Assembly (NCBI GenBank): GCA_002269645.1
Contig: NIVC01003360.1
Location: 38,431-102,430 of the forward strand
DNA length: 64,000 nucleotides
Direction of reading: 5' to 3'
Origin: Macrostomum lignano
Taxonomy: Eukaryota
Made by a program: the position numbers and the translations under genes
Notes under the pieces: model-generated
Databases searched by the model: none
What the model saw: the letters and a program-made list of their open reading frames with translations, nothing else
Told to the model about the DNA's origin: nothing
Shown: one piece after another, positions 1-12,200 of the stretch
Layout: each line of letters opens with the position of its first letter
How positions within the stretch are numbered: position 1 is the stretch's first letter

Positions 1-573
1 AGGCCAGCCAAAAGCTGTAACAAATAAATCCAAAATTTAATACTTCATGCAATCAATCTTTGGCTAGATCTGAAATGGGATTAAAAATCAAATTGATAGA
101 TTCTATCTAAATGATCACTTTATTGATTTCAAAAATTCTAGGAAATAAACTGTGAAATGATCGAGGCAATGATAATTAAACAAACAGATTCGATGATGCG
201 TATCGAATATGGGTGATATCGATACCAAAGAGCGATACGGGGTGAAACATCTAAACCTATATGCTATCTATCTTTTAAATTATCGCCGGTAATTTTCACA
301 CATGGAAAACGTAATAGATATATAAAAAAAACTATATCAACTATCGTATTTTTAAATAGTTGTTGTGAATATCACTATACAGATTTATTGCATTTAAGCA
401 GAACTATTTTGTGTTTTTTTGTTAAAATAAGTCTATCACATGTTCTAGCAATAACCGTTTATTGTGCGTCATTTTCAAATGATGCAATCTGCCAATCTGA
501 CGAAATTTTGTTCAGAAAGGCTGCAAGAATTGTAATCGGACACAATCGTTCACTTTAAAACATGAGACTTTAG

Positions 574-740
574 CAGGGGCTTAGCCAAAGTGGGGGACAC
601 TGGGGACATGTCCCCCCCGCTGGATGGGGAATTTTTTTACTTCCTTTGTATTTTGCTTCCATCGCTTCTATCGGAGATGGATTTGTCTCTGTCCGGGTCC
701 GGGACTGTCCCCCCTGTCGTGAATCCTTGCTACGCGCCTG
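574..740. mobile_element. Short hAT-type MITE
   Basis: Imperfect TIRs CAGGGGCTTAGC...GCTACGCGCCTG; flanks GACTTTAG (566-573) and GACTCTAA (741-748) match at 6/8, consistent with a decayed 8-bp TSD; G/C-run interior typical of hAT MITEs. Confidence 0.6.
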
Positions 741-1857
741 GACTCTAAAGTATGTTAAGTGTGTACCCTAAATCGTACCTGGTTCCTAACCTATTTACTG
801 TGTCTATAGTCTACTAAGTTGTTCTTCAAAGCTTATTAAATCAAATGGAAAATATATATTATTCTTAGCTAATCATAAATTCATAAAAAATTTGCTTTAA
901 AATGTAGGCTGTAGGCCTAGCTCTAACCAATATGCTTTTTGATAGCAGCTAGGGCCCTATAGTAGGCTAATATTGCTTTGCTATGCCTACTTTTTATATG
1001 TAAGCTAAGCCATATACAAAAATGTTCCAAATTTTTATCATTTAGAACTTCAATAATTTTGCTACCAAAGTATAAATTTGATTTAGCTATAAATTCAATG
1101 GTTCATTTTTAAGTACACTATAGGTTTTTATGCAGCCTAATCATCTAATGTAATAAATAAGCTTATTAGATATAGTTTTACTTTTGCTTATATAACTAAT
1201 TTTTAATTATAATATAAAATTAGATAGGAAGGCTAGCTGTTAAAATTAAACTAATTAATACCTTCTTAGCAATTTTTTTATTAGTAACTTTTGTTAAATA
1301 GCAACTTTTTGAGTTTCTAGCTAGCAACTTTCTAAATTCTAGCTAGCAACTTGGTATGTTAACAGTGACATTTAAACAAATATAATTAAAATTAAATAAA
1401 GAAAAAACAAATATTTAATTGATAGGCCTATCATAATATGACTATTAATCAGATGCTTGCTTTAGATTTTAAATTATTTATATATAGAAAGTAAACACTA
1501 AATTTTATTTACTAGGGGGGCCTAATCTAATGAATGTATATTTTATTTTCCTTAATTAATTTTTTTATATTTCTCTATTATTATTATTCTTTATTAAATT
1601 AATATAAATATATAAAATAAATATGCATGCATAATCTCCTTGATTTACACTGGCTATGCCACTTTTTTGACCAAAAATGTGATTTACCTTTGAAAAAATC
1701 ATAAAGCAAAAGTTAACACAATTTTGGATAAATGAGAAAAGTAACTATGACTATTCTATGAATACTAAATGTAAATTTGTATTATGTCTGTATTTTTTAG
1801 ATGGGTATTTTTGCAACTTATCCCTGGTTTACCATAATAATGATAGCCAGTAGTTGT

Positions 1858-2029
1858 CATACTTGGGCGCAACCTTGGGATTCACCTAGCCATTTCTATT
1901 AGCAACACACACATGTAAGTCACTATTGGACGGAATAGTAGTCACGTGACTGCTCTCAGCCAATAGCGACTTACATGTGTGTGTTGCCAATAGAAATGGC
2001 CAGGTGATTCTCAAAGTTGCGCATGTATG
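1858..2029. mobile_element. Palindromic (hairpin) MITE, hAT-type, copy 1
   Basis: 172-bp element whose arms (about 70 bp) are reverse complements; perfect 8-bp TSD GTAGTTGT (1850-1857 and 2030-2037); near-identical copy at 14837-15008. Confidence 0.85.
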
Positions 2030-2759
2030 GTAGTTGTGCATATATGTAAATAAATATATATTTAAATAAGTTGAATTTACTATATTATTTATAATTTTTG
2101 TTTTCTGTAAGATTTTTAATATAGAAATAATTATTGCATATGATTAGTAGATTAAGATTCATTTTTAGTATATAGATTGCAAAGAAGCTTAATATAAGTT
2201 TTAAAGGGAAAGGAAATTTTTGTTTGAAATTTTGACAAAGGAGGATAAATTTTTTTGGGAAGGGCTAAGCCATGAGCAATCCTTCTTACATTTTATGTAG
2301 CCTAGTATAATAAATATATAATATATATATATTAGCTCTTATAATCAATTTATACAAGTTTGTAAAATTAGACATTTCTAATATTAATTCTAACATTAAA
2401 AACTATTTATCAAGTATATTAGCAAAAAGCTAGTAAAATTGCAACAAAAAATCTATTACATAATTTGAAAGAGACATATCAAAAAGTTTTTGGTTACCAA
2501 ATCAAATTTTGAAAAACTTGTGATCAAATTTTAGCTAATTCAAACAAAAATCCTAAAAACCCTTATTTGGCAATTAGAAATTAATAGCCCTATTAGTTCA
2601 GGTGTGATTCAAAGATTTACATTTCTTTGAAAGTGTATATTTCTCATGGAAAGACACATTAGATTTTTCAGTTTGTTGCTCTCACCACAAAAAAAAACTA
2701 AGAGAAATATAATAACTTTTGCTAGACAGATACCATATTATATAATTATTTGGTATTCT

Positions 2760-3140
2760 GGTTAGAAGCTTGGTGTTATGGTCAGAAGCTTGATTTTCTG
2801 GTCAGAAGCTTGATGTTCTGGTCAGAAGCTTGATGTTCTGGTCAGAAGCTTGATTTTCTAGTCAGAAGCTTGGTGTTCTGGTCAGAAGCTTGATGTTCTA
2901 GTTAGAAGCTTGATGTTCTGGTAAGAAGCTTGATGTTCTGGTCAGAAGCTTGATGTTCTATTCAGAAGCTTGGTGTTCTGGCCAGAAGCTTGATGTTCTA
3001 GTTAGAAGCTTGATGTTCTGGTAAGAAGCTTGATGTTCTGGTCAGAAGCTTGATGTTCTAGTTAGAAGCTTGATGTTCTGGTAAGAAGCTTGATGTTCTG
3101 GTCAGAAGCTTGGTGCCCTGGTCAGAAGCTTGATGTCCAG
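2760..3140. repeat. 20-bp minisatellite (GGTCAGAAGCTTGATGTTCT)n, about 19 copies
   Basis: Tandem repeat read directly, ending about 220 bp upstream of the BDP1 ATG. Confidence 0.95.
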
Positions 3141-3363
3141 GTTTTTCTAGTGTTCTGGTGAACATATTTCAATAAAATGGGTATATTAAATATGCTTATA
3201 TAACTTCTAGAGCTCACTGTACATTTCAGGCAAGTTCATATTGAATAATTTAATGAAAAATTAAACCTACTACATCAAATGGCCACTCTGCTGGCAACCA
3301 CCAAACTAACTATTATCAAGAGGCAGCAAAAGCAAGACACCTGAAACAGACGTACTACAAACA

Positions 3364-5805
3364 ATGAAGTTCTTTAAGCCTAAATTTGCTTGCAACAAGC
3401 AATCAGCGCAGGCTCCACAACCGCAAGCCGCCGCTGTAGCAGCTGCTAGTGTTGATGAATCAGTTCAAGATCTCTCTAAATCGCAGGATACTACTCAGTC
3501 TACAGATAAGCAGCAGCCAGTATCCAAGTCTTTGCCAAGCTCGACTGCCACTGCGGCTGATTCTGTTGATGCAGTCACGCAGCCGCCAGTCAATGCTAGT
3601 GGCAAGAAGGAAAGCGAAGCCGCTTGCGCTATGATCACGCTGAGCACAAGTGGCGATCAGCATCCAGCTACTCGTAAGCCAACGGTACCAAATGTTACAT
3701 CTGTTGACTTAGATGATGGCGTCGATGAACAGCTGCTGTCCGATGGCGGCGAAGAGGCGGACGACGAGTGCGAAGAGGAATCCAAATCGGCGCCAACTTT
3801 GGCTAGCGGTGCCGATGGCAGGGTTGGCGGCAAGTATGGCTCCGTTATGACGCTGTTTCAACGGAAACGACCAGTGCATCATCAACAACAACATCAGCAG
3901 CAACAGCAACAGCAACAGCAACACTTGCAGAATCTGCAACAGCAAGTAGCTTCTAACGCTTCGTTGCAGGCCAAGCGTATGGATAATAACGGCGCAGGCC
4001 TGCGCACTATGCGGATGCGAGACCTGATCTATTGGTGAGCTGGAAGTTCAAATTGATTATTAATGTTTAAAAAGTTTAATATCTACGTGCTTTGGGGGTT
4101 TGGCACCGTTGAAAAGGTTATTGTGACAAGAATCGGTTACAGAGTCATTGCAAACAACTCACTAGTAGTTGGCTCTGGGGCGACTCTGGTGACTTTCTAA
4201 CGACTTGCAGAATATCATCCATGAGTCGTTGTTTTGGCGCTTAACTTTCTACTAACTGAAGTAAACGTTTTTTTGGATCTGCTTGCCAACAGAGTTGTAT
4301 AAATCAGACTTGCACTTCTGAGCTGTCGCCTGTGATTTGCATCACAATGCCCAAACCTCCATGGTCCCATTTGTTTGTTTTTTCTTCAGGTGTCCAAAGG
4401 ATCAGCCGCCGCCAAAGTGGCGCCGCGAATCTGGAGGTCAGCAGTCAACGGGTTCGTTGATGCCGACCGCTGACAACTCAGCAGCAGCAGCCAGTCAGCA
4501 ACAACAGCAGCAGCAGGCCGAGCCTCAATCGTCAGTGAAAACCGAATCTACCACAGCAGCCCGAATGGCACCTCAAGTGATGCTGGACAGTCGCGGCAAT
4601 ATTGTACTTAACGAAGAGTCATTGTATATTCGAGAGTCGGCTCCGGCTATTGTTGAAGAGGTGCGCGAAGACTGCGCCGAGCTGAGGGCCACTTATCGAA
4701 GCTTCCGGAATGTCGGCGGCCGTGGCGCCGCCACCCGTGGCCGGCAGTGGAGCTGCAAGGAGACTCTGCGATTCTACAAAGCCGTGAGCACAATTGGAAC
4801 GGATTTCTCCTATATGGCCAGCTTGTTCAAGGGCCGGTCGAGGGAGGAGTTAAAGGTGAGTTCTGCCCATTCCGTTGAGTCATGAGCACATGCTGTAAGC
4901 GCGACAATACTGTCGCAGACACACGCTCGCACAGGGTGTTGAGCGGCCCTGACTTTCTAATCGACAGACCAATGTATTCTGTGTGTCTTGGATGCTGACC
5001 CTCATGCCCGTTGAAAACGTTACTATGACAAGAATCGCTAGAGTCATTACAAACAACTCACTAGTGACTCTAGTGACTTTAGGGCGACTGTTGAGTCACC
5101 TCGAATGAAATCGAAACAACTGGGTTGTAGCGCGAGAGTCAGACGCGTTTGCCGTTAAGCTGATCTGCCCCTTACCCCGTGTCTATTAATAGATTCTCAA
5201 AGCTTATAGATTTTTCGGGCAGACAGAGACAGTCTAAGACTAAGACATAATAATGACACACTAAGTCTCATTCATCAGGACACACCAAGACACGAACAAT
5301 ACTAAGTAACATGAAGGCACAAACAACACTAAGACACACCAAGACACAAAAAATACACTGAGACACATGAAGACTCTCTGAGGCACATAATACAAGCATA
5401 CCGTATAAAAAGACAAAGCACATCAGGATTACAGCAAATCTAATCAATTATTTATTATAATTTCACCCACAGCGAAAATACAAACGCGAAGAAAAAGCCA
5501 ATCCGCATCTCATCGATCAGATGTTAAAGAAGCGCAAACACTACGATTTGAGCATGTTTGAGCTCAGCTCGGACTCAGACACGGGCGCCGATGCAAAGTC
5601 CAACTCAGGGTCCGTCAGCGGACAGAAGGCCGCCAAGTTTGGCTCGGGCGGCGGCCAAGCAGCAGCCAGTAAGCCGTCTGACATTGTCATGGAGGGTCTT
5701 AAACGGCACCTTCAGTTGAAGAACAGCGCCGGTGCCAGCAGCAAGAAGCAACAACAGCAGAAGCAGGTGGAACAGCAAGATCAAACTGTGACGGTTGTTA
5801 TCTAA
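3364..5805 (+). CDS. BDP1: TFIIIB component B'' (BDP1), 3 exons: 3364-4034, 4390-4855, 5473-5805; 489 aa
   Basis: GT-AG junctions keep the frame (1470 nt total). Joined protein has MRMRDLIYWCP and the SANT/Myb-like core WSCKETLRFYKAVSTIGTDFSYMASLFKGRSREELKRKYKREEKANPHLIDQML typical of Bdp1; Q/A/S-rich low-complexity flanks. Confidence 0.92.
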
Positions 5806-5856
5806 TTAATCTGGCCCTAAATTGTTCACCGCGCTGAAATTCGTAAATCTACTTTG

Positions 5857-6050
5857 AGGTCAGAAAGGTTTAGGAACATTTGAAGGTCAGAAAGGATTAG
5901 GAACATTTGAAGGTCAGAAAGGATTAGGAACATTTGAAGGTCAGAAAGGGTTAGGGACATTTGAAGGTCAGAAAAAGTTACAAACACTTTAAGATCATAA
6001 ATAGGACCATTTAAAGGTCAGAATGCGTTAGGAACACTTGAAGGTCATGA
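5857..6050. repeat. 27-bp degenerate minisatellite (AGGTCAGAAAGGATTAGGAACATTTGA)n just 3' of the BDP1 stop
   Basis: About 4 good copies plus decayed copies, read directly. Confidence 0.85.
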
Positions 6051-7156
6051 AAATTCTAAGCTGAGTTTGAAACTCCTAAAGGTCAGTAAGATTTAGGAGC
6101 TCTTAAACATTAAACTAGGTTAGAAACGTTTAAAGTTCAGTGATAGATTAGGATAGCTAACTACCACTATTGTCTTGCTATAGGGCGGTAATGAAAAGTT
6201 ATTTACATGTAATTAAATAAAAAATGAATTAGATTTTTTGTTTAACTCCTGGTTTGAACTTATCCTGCTTACTATTATCTAAGTATAATAGTTAATTGCT
6301 AACTGCAATAAGTAAGTATCGATAAAGCGATCTCTCAGGCGTTGTGATGATATTAATATTGCAATTATTAATTTTGTTCTATCTTGCTATTATTTAATTC
6401 ATTCGCTTATTTGCATTAGCTGTTTCATTTTTATCATGTAAAACACACCTGTAATAGAGGTATTTCTGTCGATTGTGTTGAAATAAAATTAAAAAATAAT
6501 GCCCCCTGCTCAAGGTTATGGTAAAATGTTATTATACAGGTGGTTGGTTCGTTATTGTATCTTATAATGCCACGCTAATTGACACGTACTTAACCTCTGT
6601 ACTGGGATCCGTCTCTGATAGTTATAAAAATGCAGTAATGAAAGACGTGTAAATCAAAACCTGACGATTTTTATAACTTAAAATCAAACACCCATTTTTT
6701 CAGACAACTTTGTACATATTAACTGTCGTTTAGTGTTAACCTTCTGTTGAAATTTAATTAATAAGTATTCCATTTTGTCTCTGTCCATTGCCTAAACTTA
6801 TTTTATTTTATTTTAGTTTGTCGTCTTGGCAGTTGATAGGCTATTTACATTTTTCCGGATGCTAATCATGTACTTTGACCGCATTGGACTATTATCAAAG
6901 TGTCGGAGTTAAGTACCTTGTGTGCACTGTTTTTGCCAGCTTTTTTGTCCAGTGATTATAAAAAAATAAATCACAGTTTCTACTAAAAGTGAATTGAAAT
7001 TAAAATTATAGGCTTCGACTGGTTGCTTTGTCACCTTCTTTGGCATGGTTGCTTGCGTGTGCACTGCGGTGTTCGATCCAATCACATTGGCTGAATTTAC
7101 TGATGAATAAAATCTATTTATTTAATTCGAAACACTTTATCTTTGCATTTTTTATT

Positions 7157-8965
7157 CTTTTACACCCTAGACACCGGATTTTACACCCTAGACATCGGGT
7201 TTTACTTCCTAAACATCGGGTTTTACACCCTAGACACCGGGTTTTACACCCTAGACACCGGTTTTACACCCTAGACACCGGGTTTTACACCCTAAACACC
7301 GGGTTTTACACCCTAGACACCGGATTTTACACCCTAAACACCGGGTTTTACACCCTAGACACCGGGTTTTACACCCTAAACACCGGATTTTACACCCTAG
7401 ACACCGGGTTTTACACCCTAGACACCGGATTTTACACCCTAGACACCGGTTTTACACCCTAGACACCGGGTTTTACACCCTAAACACCGGCTTTTACACC
7501 CTAAACACCGGGTTTTACACCCTAGACACCGGGTTTTACACCCTAGACACCGGGTTTTACACCCTAGACACCGGATTTTACACCCTAAACACCGGGCTTT
7601 ACACTCTAAACACCGGGTTTTACACCCTAGACACCGGGTTTTACACTGTAGACACCGGGTTTTACACTCTAGACACCGGGTTTTACACTCTAGACACCGG
7701 GTTTTACACTCTAGACACCGAGTTTTACACTCTAGACACCGGGTTTTACACTCTAGACACCGGGTTTTACACTCTAGACTCCGGGTTTTACACTCTAGAC
7801 ACCGGGTTTTACACCCTAGACACCGGGTTTTACTTCCTAAACATCGGGTTTTACACTCTAGACACCGGGTTTTACACTCTAGACACCGGGTTTTACACCC
7901 GAGACACCGGGTTTTACACCCTAGACACCGAGTTTTACACCCTAGACACCGGGTTTTACACTCTCGAGACACCGTGTTTTACACCCTAGACACCGGGTTT
8001 TACTTCCTAAACATCGGGTTTTACACTCTCGAGACACCGGGTTTTACACCCTAGACACCGGGTTTTACTTCCTAAACATCGGGTTTTACACTCTAGACAC
8101 CGGGTTTTACACTCTAGACACCGGGTTTTACACCCTAGACACCGGGTTTTACACCCTGGACACCGGGTTTTACACCCTAGACACCGGATTTTACACTCTA
8201 GACACCGGGTTTTACACCCTAGACACCGGGTTTTACACCCTGGACACCGGGTTTTACACCCTAAACACAGGGTTTTACACCCTAGACACCGGGTTTTACA
8301 TCCTAAACACCGGGTTTTATACCCTAGACACCGGATTTTACACCCTAGACACCGGGCTTTACACTCTAAACACCGGGTTTTACACCCTAGACACCGGGTT
8401 TTACACTCTAGACACCGGGTTTTACACCCTAGACACCGGGTTTTACACCCTGGACACCGGGTTTTACACTCTAGACACCGGGTTTTACTTCCTAAACATC
8501 GGGTTTTACACTCTAGACACCGGGTTTTACACTCTAGACACCGGGTTTTACACCCGAGACACCGGGTTTTACACCCTAGACACCGAGTTTTACACCCTAG
8601 ACACCGGGTTTTACACTCTCGAGACACCGGGTTTTACACCCTAGACACCGAGTTTTACACCCTAGACACCGGGTTTTACACTCTCGAGACACCGGGTTTT
8701 ACACCCTAGACACCGGGTTTTACTTCCTAAACATCGGGTTTTACACTCTAGACACCGGGTTTTACACTCTAGACACCGGGTTTTACACCCTAGACACCGG
8801 GTTTTACACCCTAGACACCGGGTTTTACACCCTGGACACCGGGTTTTACACCCTAGACACCGGATTTTACACCCTAGACACCGGATTTTACACCCTAGAC
8901 ACAGGGTTTTACACCCTAGACACCGGATTTTACACCCTAGACACCGGGTTTTAAACCCTAATATT
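7157..8965. repeat. 21-bp minisatellite (TTTTACACCCTAGACACCGGG)n, roughly 85 copies
   Basis: Tandem repeat read directly; recurring variant units (TTTTACTTCCTAAACATCGGG, CTCTCGAGAC) mark higher-order duplications. Confidence 0.97.
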
Positions 8966-9085
8966 TTTACCCTAAACTTCAGGCCTAGATTTTGCACTCT
9001 CATCCTAGTCACTATATCTAAACCGCAAGGCACTGTACATTCGATCTAAGCTGAGTTAGTCTGGCACCAATATTTCTCGCTGAAG

Positions 9086-11235
9086 GCCTCCCTGCTGCTG
9101 AAAGCCCAACTGGAGGGGGTGACGAGCCTCCGACCTGTCGGCGACGACTTTCGCTGGTACATCCGTCTCCGCTGCCTCAATTGCGGCGACGAAACGCCCG
9201 AATTAGTGTACGTCTGCCTGGACGAGGAGCACGAGATCCATGGCAGTCGGGGTACGGCGCATCTGGTCATCAAGTGCAAACTGTGCCACCGAGAGAACAC
9301 GCTCAGCATCCTGCCTGACAGCATTGCCTCGTATGACTTGGATGATTCTAACAAATTCAAATCTATTGTCGTATTCGATTGCAGAGGAGTTGAACCGACC
9401 GAATGGAGTCCGCGGATTGGCTGGGCCTGCGCTGGAGCAGAAACTGGCACCCAGTTTCCCGAGGTGAGGCTCTGACTGAGATGGAATGTGATGAAGATTG
9501 GGATTGGACAGGGACACTAGAAACAGCGTAACTAAGACTAAGTACGCTTAGTACGGGAAGACTAAGTATGAAGGATATTTGAAAGGATGTATCAGAAACA
9601 TAGGAAAGAATGTGTCAGAAGTATGTTAAGAAGCATGTGTCAGGAGTGTGTTGGGAAGCATGTGTCAGGAGTATGTTGGGAAGCATGTGTCAGGAGTGTG
9701 TTGGGAAGCATGTGTCAGGAGTGTGTTGGGAAGCATGTGTCAGGAGTGTGTTGGGAAGCATGTGTCAGGAGTGTGTTGGGAAGCATGTGTCAGGAGTGTG
9801 TTGAGAAGCATGTGTCAGGAGTGTGTTAGGAAGCATGTGTCAGGAGTGTGTTGGGAAGCATGTGTCAGGAGTGTGTTGAGAAGCATGTGTCAGGAGTGTG
9901 TTGGGAAGCATGTGTCAGGAGTATGTTGGGAAGTATGTGTCAGGAGTGTGTTGAGAAGCATGTGTCAGGAGTGTGTTGGGAAGCATGTGTCAGGAGTGTG
10001 TTGGGAAGCATGTGTCAGGAGTGTGTTGGGAAGCATGTGTCAGGAGTGTGTTGGGAAGCATGTGTCAGGAGTGTGTTGGGAAGCATGTGTCAGGAGTGTG
10101 TTGGGAAGCATGTGTCAGGAGTGTGTTGGGAAGCATGCGTCAGGAACATAGGAAAGAATGTCAGAAACATAGGAAAGAATGTCAGTAACATAGGAAAGAA
10201 TGTCACGAACATAGGAAAGAATGTCAGGAACATAGGAAAGAATGTCAGGAACATAGGAAAGAATGTCAGGAACATAGGAAAGAATGTCAGAAACATAGGA
10301 AAGAATGTCAGGAACATAGGAAAGAATGTCAGAAACATAGGAAAGAATGTCAGTAACATAGGAAAGAATGTCAGGAACATAGGAAAGAATGTCAGGAACA
10401 TAGGAAAGAATGTCAGGAACATAGGAAAGAATGTGTCAGGAGTGTGTTGGGAAGCATGCGTCAGGAACATAGGAAAGAATGTCAGAAACATAGGAAAGAA
10501 TGTCAGTAACATAGGAAAGAATGTCACGAACATAGGAAAGAATGTCAGGAACATAGGAAAGAATGTCAGGAACATAGGAAAGAATGTCAGGAACATAGGA
10601 AAGAATGTCAGGAACATAGGAAAGAATGTCAGGAACATAGGAAAGAATGTCAGGAACATAGGAAAGAATGTCAGGAACATAGGAAAGAATGTCAGGAACA
10701 TAGGAAAGAATGTCAGGAACATAGGAAAGAATGTCAGGAACATAGGAAAGAATGTGTCAGGAGTTGGTTGGGAAGAATGTGTCAGGAACATAGGAAAGAA
10801 TGTCAGTAACATAGGAAAGAATGTCAGGAACATAGGAAAGAATGTCAGTAACATAGGAAAGAATGTGTCAGGAGTTGGTTGGAAAGAATGTCAGTAACAT
10901 AGGAAAGAATGTCAGGAACATAGGAAAGAATGTGTCAGGAGTATGTTGGGAAGAATGTCTGAGAAACAATTCGAAAGGATGTTTGATAAAAATTTTGGGA
11001 ATTGTGTCAGGAAATTTGGAGTATACAAGCAAGAATGTCTCTTAGAAACGCGGCTGTTCACAAATTTTAAAAACAAAATTCTCTTATTAGAAATTTTTTG
11101 AAAAATTCCTCTGCAAACCCGTTTGTCGTCACGCAGGTGAACCTGACTGAACTTGACTGGTCCGACTTCGACGAGAAGGCCAAGGCGTCTGTTGGTGTCT
11201 ATGAGGTTGAGTACAAGTTCACGCATACCAAGTAG
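9086..11235 (+). CDS. CZIB: CXXC-motif zinc-binding protein (CZIB/C1orf123/UPF0587/DUF866); exons 9086-9463 and 11137-11235; initiator ATG not in this exon
   Basis: ASLLLKAQLEGVTSLRPVGDDFRWYIRLRCLNCG...GSRGTAHLVIKCKLCHRE...FDCRGVEP..., spliced GT-AG in phase 0 to VNLTELDWSDFDEKAKASVGVYEVEYKF; two CxxC motifs; 158 aa plus Met matches the family length (about 160 aa). Confidence 0.92.
9585..10965. repeat. Compound intronic minisatellite: 25-bp (GTCAGGAGTGTGTTGGGAAGCATGT)n followed by 21-bp (CAGGAACATAGGAAAGAATGT)n
   Basis: Read directly inside the CZIB intron; 25-mer block about 9620-10140, 21-mer block about 10140-10930 with interspersed 25-mers. Confidence 0.95.
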
Positions 11236-12002
11236 GAATTGAGCGAGACATAGCAACCGTTACTAAGGCTTGTGTTGTTTGATCTGCTGACAATTGCACG
11301 ATCTTGTTTTCTTTAATTAGTTAAATTATTAACTATAATACATGAATGATGCTGAACCCAGTGATACTGGTGCATATTAGTGTGCTATCATTGTCACTTA
11401 TAATTCAAATTGATGTAATTAATAAAGCTAGGTTACTGATAAAAATATATACGCTAATTTGCAGCTTAGCTGTAAGTACCTACATGTTGAATAGACTTCA
11501 TAAGTTTATTGCTGAATGTTGATTAAATCGGTGATGGATTATGACAAATATACGCAAATACCAAATCGAGTTTAACCTTTGATGTCTGTGCCAAAATGCC
11601 ATGAAGTATTTTTTTATTTCTATTATTTGTTTTAAATACTGCAGTGTTCGAAGATTTTATGGTACTGGTTGATTTTTGGACTGAATAAGCTGTGATTTAT
11701 CGATCTGACGGAGCGCATGTACTCTTATTATCACATCAGGATGAGCTGGAAGTCTCAACTAATTAACCACTCGATGCGTCCGTCTTGAAGACAGGCAGTG
11801 ACTGCGCTATGTACATGTAGAGATCAATGGCTGGACTAGCTTGTATCAAGGATGAAGGTATAATTATACTCTTGGTAGCAATTGCACCTAGCGGATTTCT
11901 AGATTACCGATAAAGTTGGTCAAGGACTACTAACTATTAACTCGTGTTGTCACGCAACAAAAGTTAAGCAACAATTTTAAAGCTATAATTTCAGTATCAC
12001 GT

Positions 12003-12200
12003 GTGTAGGCGTAGCCTAGTGATTAGAGAGCGTCGAACTCGATCACGACTGAAAGGTCTGGGGTTCGATTCTTGACCCACTGGGAACAATTAGTGTCCAT
12101 GAGCAAACATCTAACTCTGCATTGCATATCAGTTCACCCAGCTGTAAATGGGTGCCAGCATTAGCTGAGGTAATTGAGGCTGTGTGGCGACTGATACGCC
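12003..12200 (+). mobile_element. tRNA-derived SINE, copy 1
   Basis: Pol III A box (TAGCCTAGTG) and B box (GGTTCGATTC), then a conserved body (...TCACCCAGCTGTAAATGGGTGCCAGC...); diverged related copy at 20790-20975 on the minus strand. Confidence 0.75.

Noticed and set aside
7028-9033. Long ORFs of CKTRCLG / FYTLDTG repeats
   Set aside because: Translations of the 21-bp minisatellite; open in several frames and on both strands, with no unique coding flanks.
9587-11045. ORFs of MCQECVGKH / RNIGKNV repeats (Cys-rich, metallothionein-like look)
   Set aside because: They lie inside the CZIB intron and are pure repeat translations.
12003-12085. Functional tRNA gene
   Set aside because: A and B boxes are present but I could not fold a convincing cloverleaf, there is no T-run terminator, and it continues into a SINE body shared with a second copy.
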